In this document: positions 63,032 through 64,000 of the stretch, piece after piece | How positions within the stretch are numbered: position 1 is the first letter of the stretch | Layout of the letters: each line of letters opens with the position of its first letter | From: Antedon mediterranea | Taxonomy: Eukaryota > Animalia > Echinodermata | Length of the DNA: 64,000 bases | Reading direction: 5' to 3' | NCBI RefSeq assembly: GCF_964355755.1 | Contig: NC_092678.1 | Location: 1,504,422 to 1,568,421, forward strand | Position numbers and translations under genes: made by a program | Notes under the pieces: generated by a model | Databases searched by the model: none | Told to the model about the DNA's origin: nothing | What the model saw: only the letters and a program-made list of their open reading frames with translations

Positions 63032-63657
63032 AGACACCTTCCCTACGTTTTTTAGATCTATTTTCAGATCACAAACTATATTTACTGTAAAAATAATACT
63101 ATATGGTCCTATTGCGATAATTTTTTTCGTCTTTAAATGGTTAAAAATGTGAAAAATAAGTCGATTCTAATAATTATAGCGGCCCGCTATAAATCCCAAA
63201 ATGCATTGCGCGCGGATTGATATTTCTGTTTTTCTTCTGTAATTCACCCACTTTTCGATTGATCGTGAGGCCAAAACAAATGGAAGACTCCTAACTTTTC
63301 ACCGAAAATATCGGGTTTTCCCCAATTTGTATCAACGGAGTCTGGCATAAAAAAGAAAACAATTATTGCAGCAACTATACAACGTCAGGCTAGGTATATA
63401 GCTAGCGTACGATGTTCGTACGTTACCGATGTTTACCAGCTAGGCCTACAAAACTAAGCCTAGTTAGGCTAGGCCTAAAGACCGTCCACGAGAGGTCAGT
63501 CGCCGCGAGCTACTTAGGTAGTGCATTGTTTCTCACTTTTTATCATAATTTACCATAAAACGTACATTTAAGACAAGAAATGACCTGGTTTAATGTTTTT
63601 AAAGTAATATATATGTATTATTTGTACAAAACGTCACAAATTGTAGGGAAGGTGTCT
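63032..63657. mobile_element. Kolobok-like non-autonomous DNA transposon
   Basis: 15-bp perfect TIRs AGACACCTTCCCTAC / GTAGGGAAGGTGTCT, with TTAA at the left flank and TTT-TAA at the right. RR...YY termini with a TTAA target. Confidence 0.7.
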
Positions 63658-64000
63658 TTTTAAGTGCTTTAAAGTAAAACTAAACTAAAAACTGTTATAT
63701 ATGTGCGCTTTATAAATCTTATTATCATAATAACCAAAGGTTGATTTTTTTTTTCATCTTTATTTCATTTTTTTTTAAACATTATTTTATTATTATTTAT
63801 TTATTATTATTAGTATGCTTTATTGGCTTTATCTGTACATATTCATAGAGTAAAATCTTTGCACGTTCTTCTCTATTAATCATACCGTCTTGTAAGTATG
63901 TTTTTATTCTTTTGTTCATTTGAAGGTCATACTGCATTGAAAAGTATAATAATTATTTCATTTAATCATTATTTTACTTGCCTCTATATCCTGTGTTGAT

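Overview
AT-rich, intron-containing animal genomic DNA, probably an invertebrate deuterostome (inferred from Deu-domain-like SINEs and vertebrate-like intron positions). The left 27 kb holds three complete spliced genes, reconstructed by hand with GT-AG junctions and consistent phases. SMIM4/UQCC5 is on the minus strand (2 exons, 76 aa). It sits head-to-head with a G/T mismatch thymine DNA glycosylase, TDG (plus strand, 6-7 coding exons, about 841-843 aa), which has a very large poly-Q/(QQQGQHP)n N-terminal exon. TDG is tail-to-tail with protein O-glucosyltransferase POGLUT1/rumi (minus strand, 11 exons, 403 aa), whose predicted C-terminus lacks a KDEL-type signal. The right 37 kb has no recognisable host coding exons and may be a large first intron of a plus-strand gene starting at about 27.5-31.6 kb. 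Non-autonomous transposons occur across the window: a Helentron/DINE-like element, two Harbinger deletion derivatives of the same architecture, a Harbinger-type MITE family, hAT elements with 5-bp TSDs, a pogo-like element nested in an RTE LINE, a Kolobok-like element, and tRNA- and 5S-derived SINEs. There is also a 16-bp satellite with a strictly ordered mutation gradient. No CRISPR array, intact tRNA/rRNA gene or prokaryotic system was found. Family assignments come from recalled motifs, not database searches.
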